From UHGV virus genome UHGV-1377764: a stretch of DNA of 43,062 bases. The stretch is one strand, 5' to 3'. This DNA comes from a virus. Positions 42,674 through 43,062 of this stretch are shown one piece after another (the first letter of the stretch is position 1; every line of letters starts with the position of its first letter). A model generated the notes under the pieces. It was given only the letters and a program-made list of their open reading frames with translations. It was not told the DNA's origin and made no database searches. The position numbers and the translations under genes are program-made.

Positions 42674-42873
42674 TCTTTTTGTTTATAGTTTTGAATATCT
42701 GATAAATATCCAAAAACCTCGCGCGCTGTATGAAAATCAACTCTATGAGTATCTTGTGGTTCGTTAACATGAAAAACCTCTACATAATATTTTAACTCAA
42801 ATCTTGATTGACTGAATACTGTCGCGCAGTATCCATTTGTAAACTCTGTGCTAAATAATCGCTTATCCATCAT
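42670..42873 (-). CDS. hypothetical protein
   Basis: 67 aa ORF. Confidence 0.4.
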   Translation of the reverse strand: MMDKRLFSTEFTNGYCATVFSQSRFELKYYVEVFHVNEPQDTHRVDFHTAREVFGYLSDIQNYKQKD

Positions 42874-43045
42874 GTTCCTCCGTAATTACCCAGTCTATCA
42901 TGATTTTTATGCTACCTCCAAATAGTATATATATTAGAATACTTCCAGTGATCGTTAAAAAACCTTCATTTGAAGCATATACTATTGTTGCTCCTACCAA
43001 TAACACATATAACATGGTGAACATAGTTTTTATAAATAGCTTCAT
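42863..43045 (-). CDS. small membrane protein
   Basis: 60 aa, hydrophobic; RBS AGGAGGAA lies at the window end. Confidence 0.45.
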   Translation of the reverse strand: MKLFIKTMFTMLYVLLVGATIVYASNEGFLTITGSILIYILFGGSIKIMIDWVITEEHDG

Positions 43046-43062
43046 TATTATTCCTCCTTGCT

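Noticed and set aside
1-43062. tRNA genes, CRISPR arrays, integrase/repressor (lysogeny module)
   Set aside because: No cloverleaf-compatible GC-rich 70-90-nt segments with a GTTCGAATC-like T-arm were seen. No regularly spaced direct repeats. No tyrosine or serine recombinase or cI/Cro-like HTH ORF recognised. Hence probably virulent, though absence cannot be proven by eye.

Overview
The window looks like a complete or near-complete ~43 kb genome of a low-GC (~34%) Gram-positive (Bacillota) siphovirus. No integrase, repressor, tRNA or CRISPR is visible, so it is probably virulent.

Genes are arranged in two divergent blocks that start from one control region at 9.2-9.65 kb.

- **Rightward (+) block, 9.66-31.9 kb:** small genes, then the HNH endonuclease (10648-11040), a P27-family TerS, TerL, an HK97-type portal/protease/capsid head module, head-tail joining genes, major tail protein, the G/G-T tail chaperone with a canonical A_AAA_AAG -1 frameshift site, a 1494-aa tape measure carrying M15-like and SLT peptidoglycan-hydrolase domains, Dit, Tal, a fibre/receptor-binding protein, and an XhlA-holin-amidase lysis cassette.
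- **Leftward (-) block, 9.17 kb to 1, apparently continuing 43.06 kb to 32.0 kb:** replication and nucleotide-metabolism genes. These are a prim-pol primase, SNF2 helicase, VRR-NUC, an ASCH protein, a D5/P4-type primase-helicase, an MBL-fold hydrolase, a DUF1351-like protein, a protein with a T7 gp2.5-like acidic C-terminal tail, a free-standing HNH homing endonuclease, a TM2 protein, a family-B DNA polymerase, NrdH and a deoxynucleoside kinase.

The two blocks converge on a perfect bidirectional terminator at 31925-31956.

The most unusual features are:

1. The family-B polymerase gene sits between two ~90%-identical direct repeats of a Dam-like N6-adenine methyltransferase gene. The downstream copy is split by a single-nucleotide frameshift at an A8/T8 homopolymer, and its C-terminal part is translationally coupled to nrdH.
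2. A GC-rich, ORF-free, ~330-nt element with its own palindrome-overlapped promoter and a perfect intrinsic terminator lies between terS and terL. It is a candidate structured ncRNA.
3. The leftward block is driven by at least seven copies of a ~60-nt promoter-plus-leader cassette (TTGACA-N17-TATACT-TTCATAAGATAAAGAGGAGG). The rightward block is punctuated by hairpin/terminator plus extended -10 (TGTTATAATAG) pairs.
4. The control region between the blocks carries TGACAAAA iterons in both orientations around an AT-rich (TATAA)n core.
5. A 34-bp direct repeat flanks the lysis cassette and overlaps the 3' end of the kinase gene.
6. The HNH-terS intergenic region contains isolated GC-rich decamers and 35-nt direct repeats, which makes it a candidate cos region.
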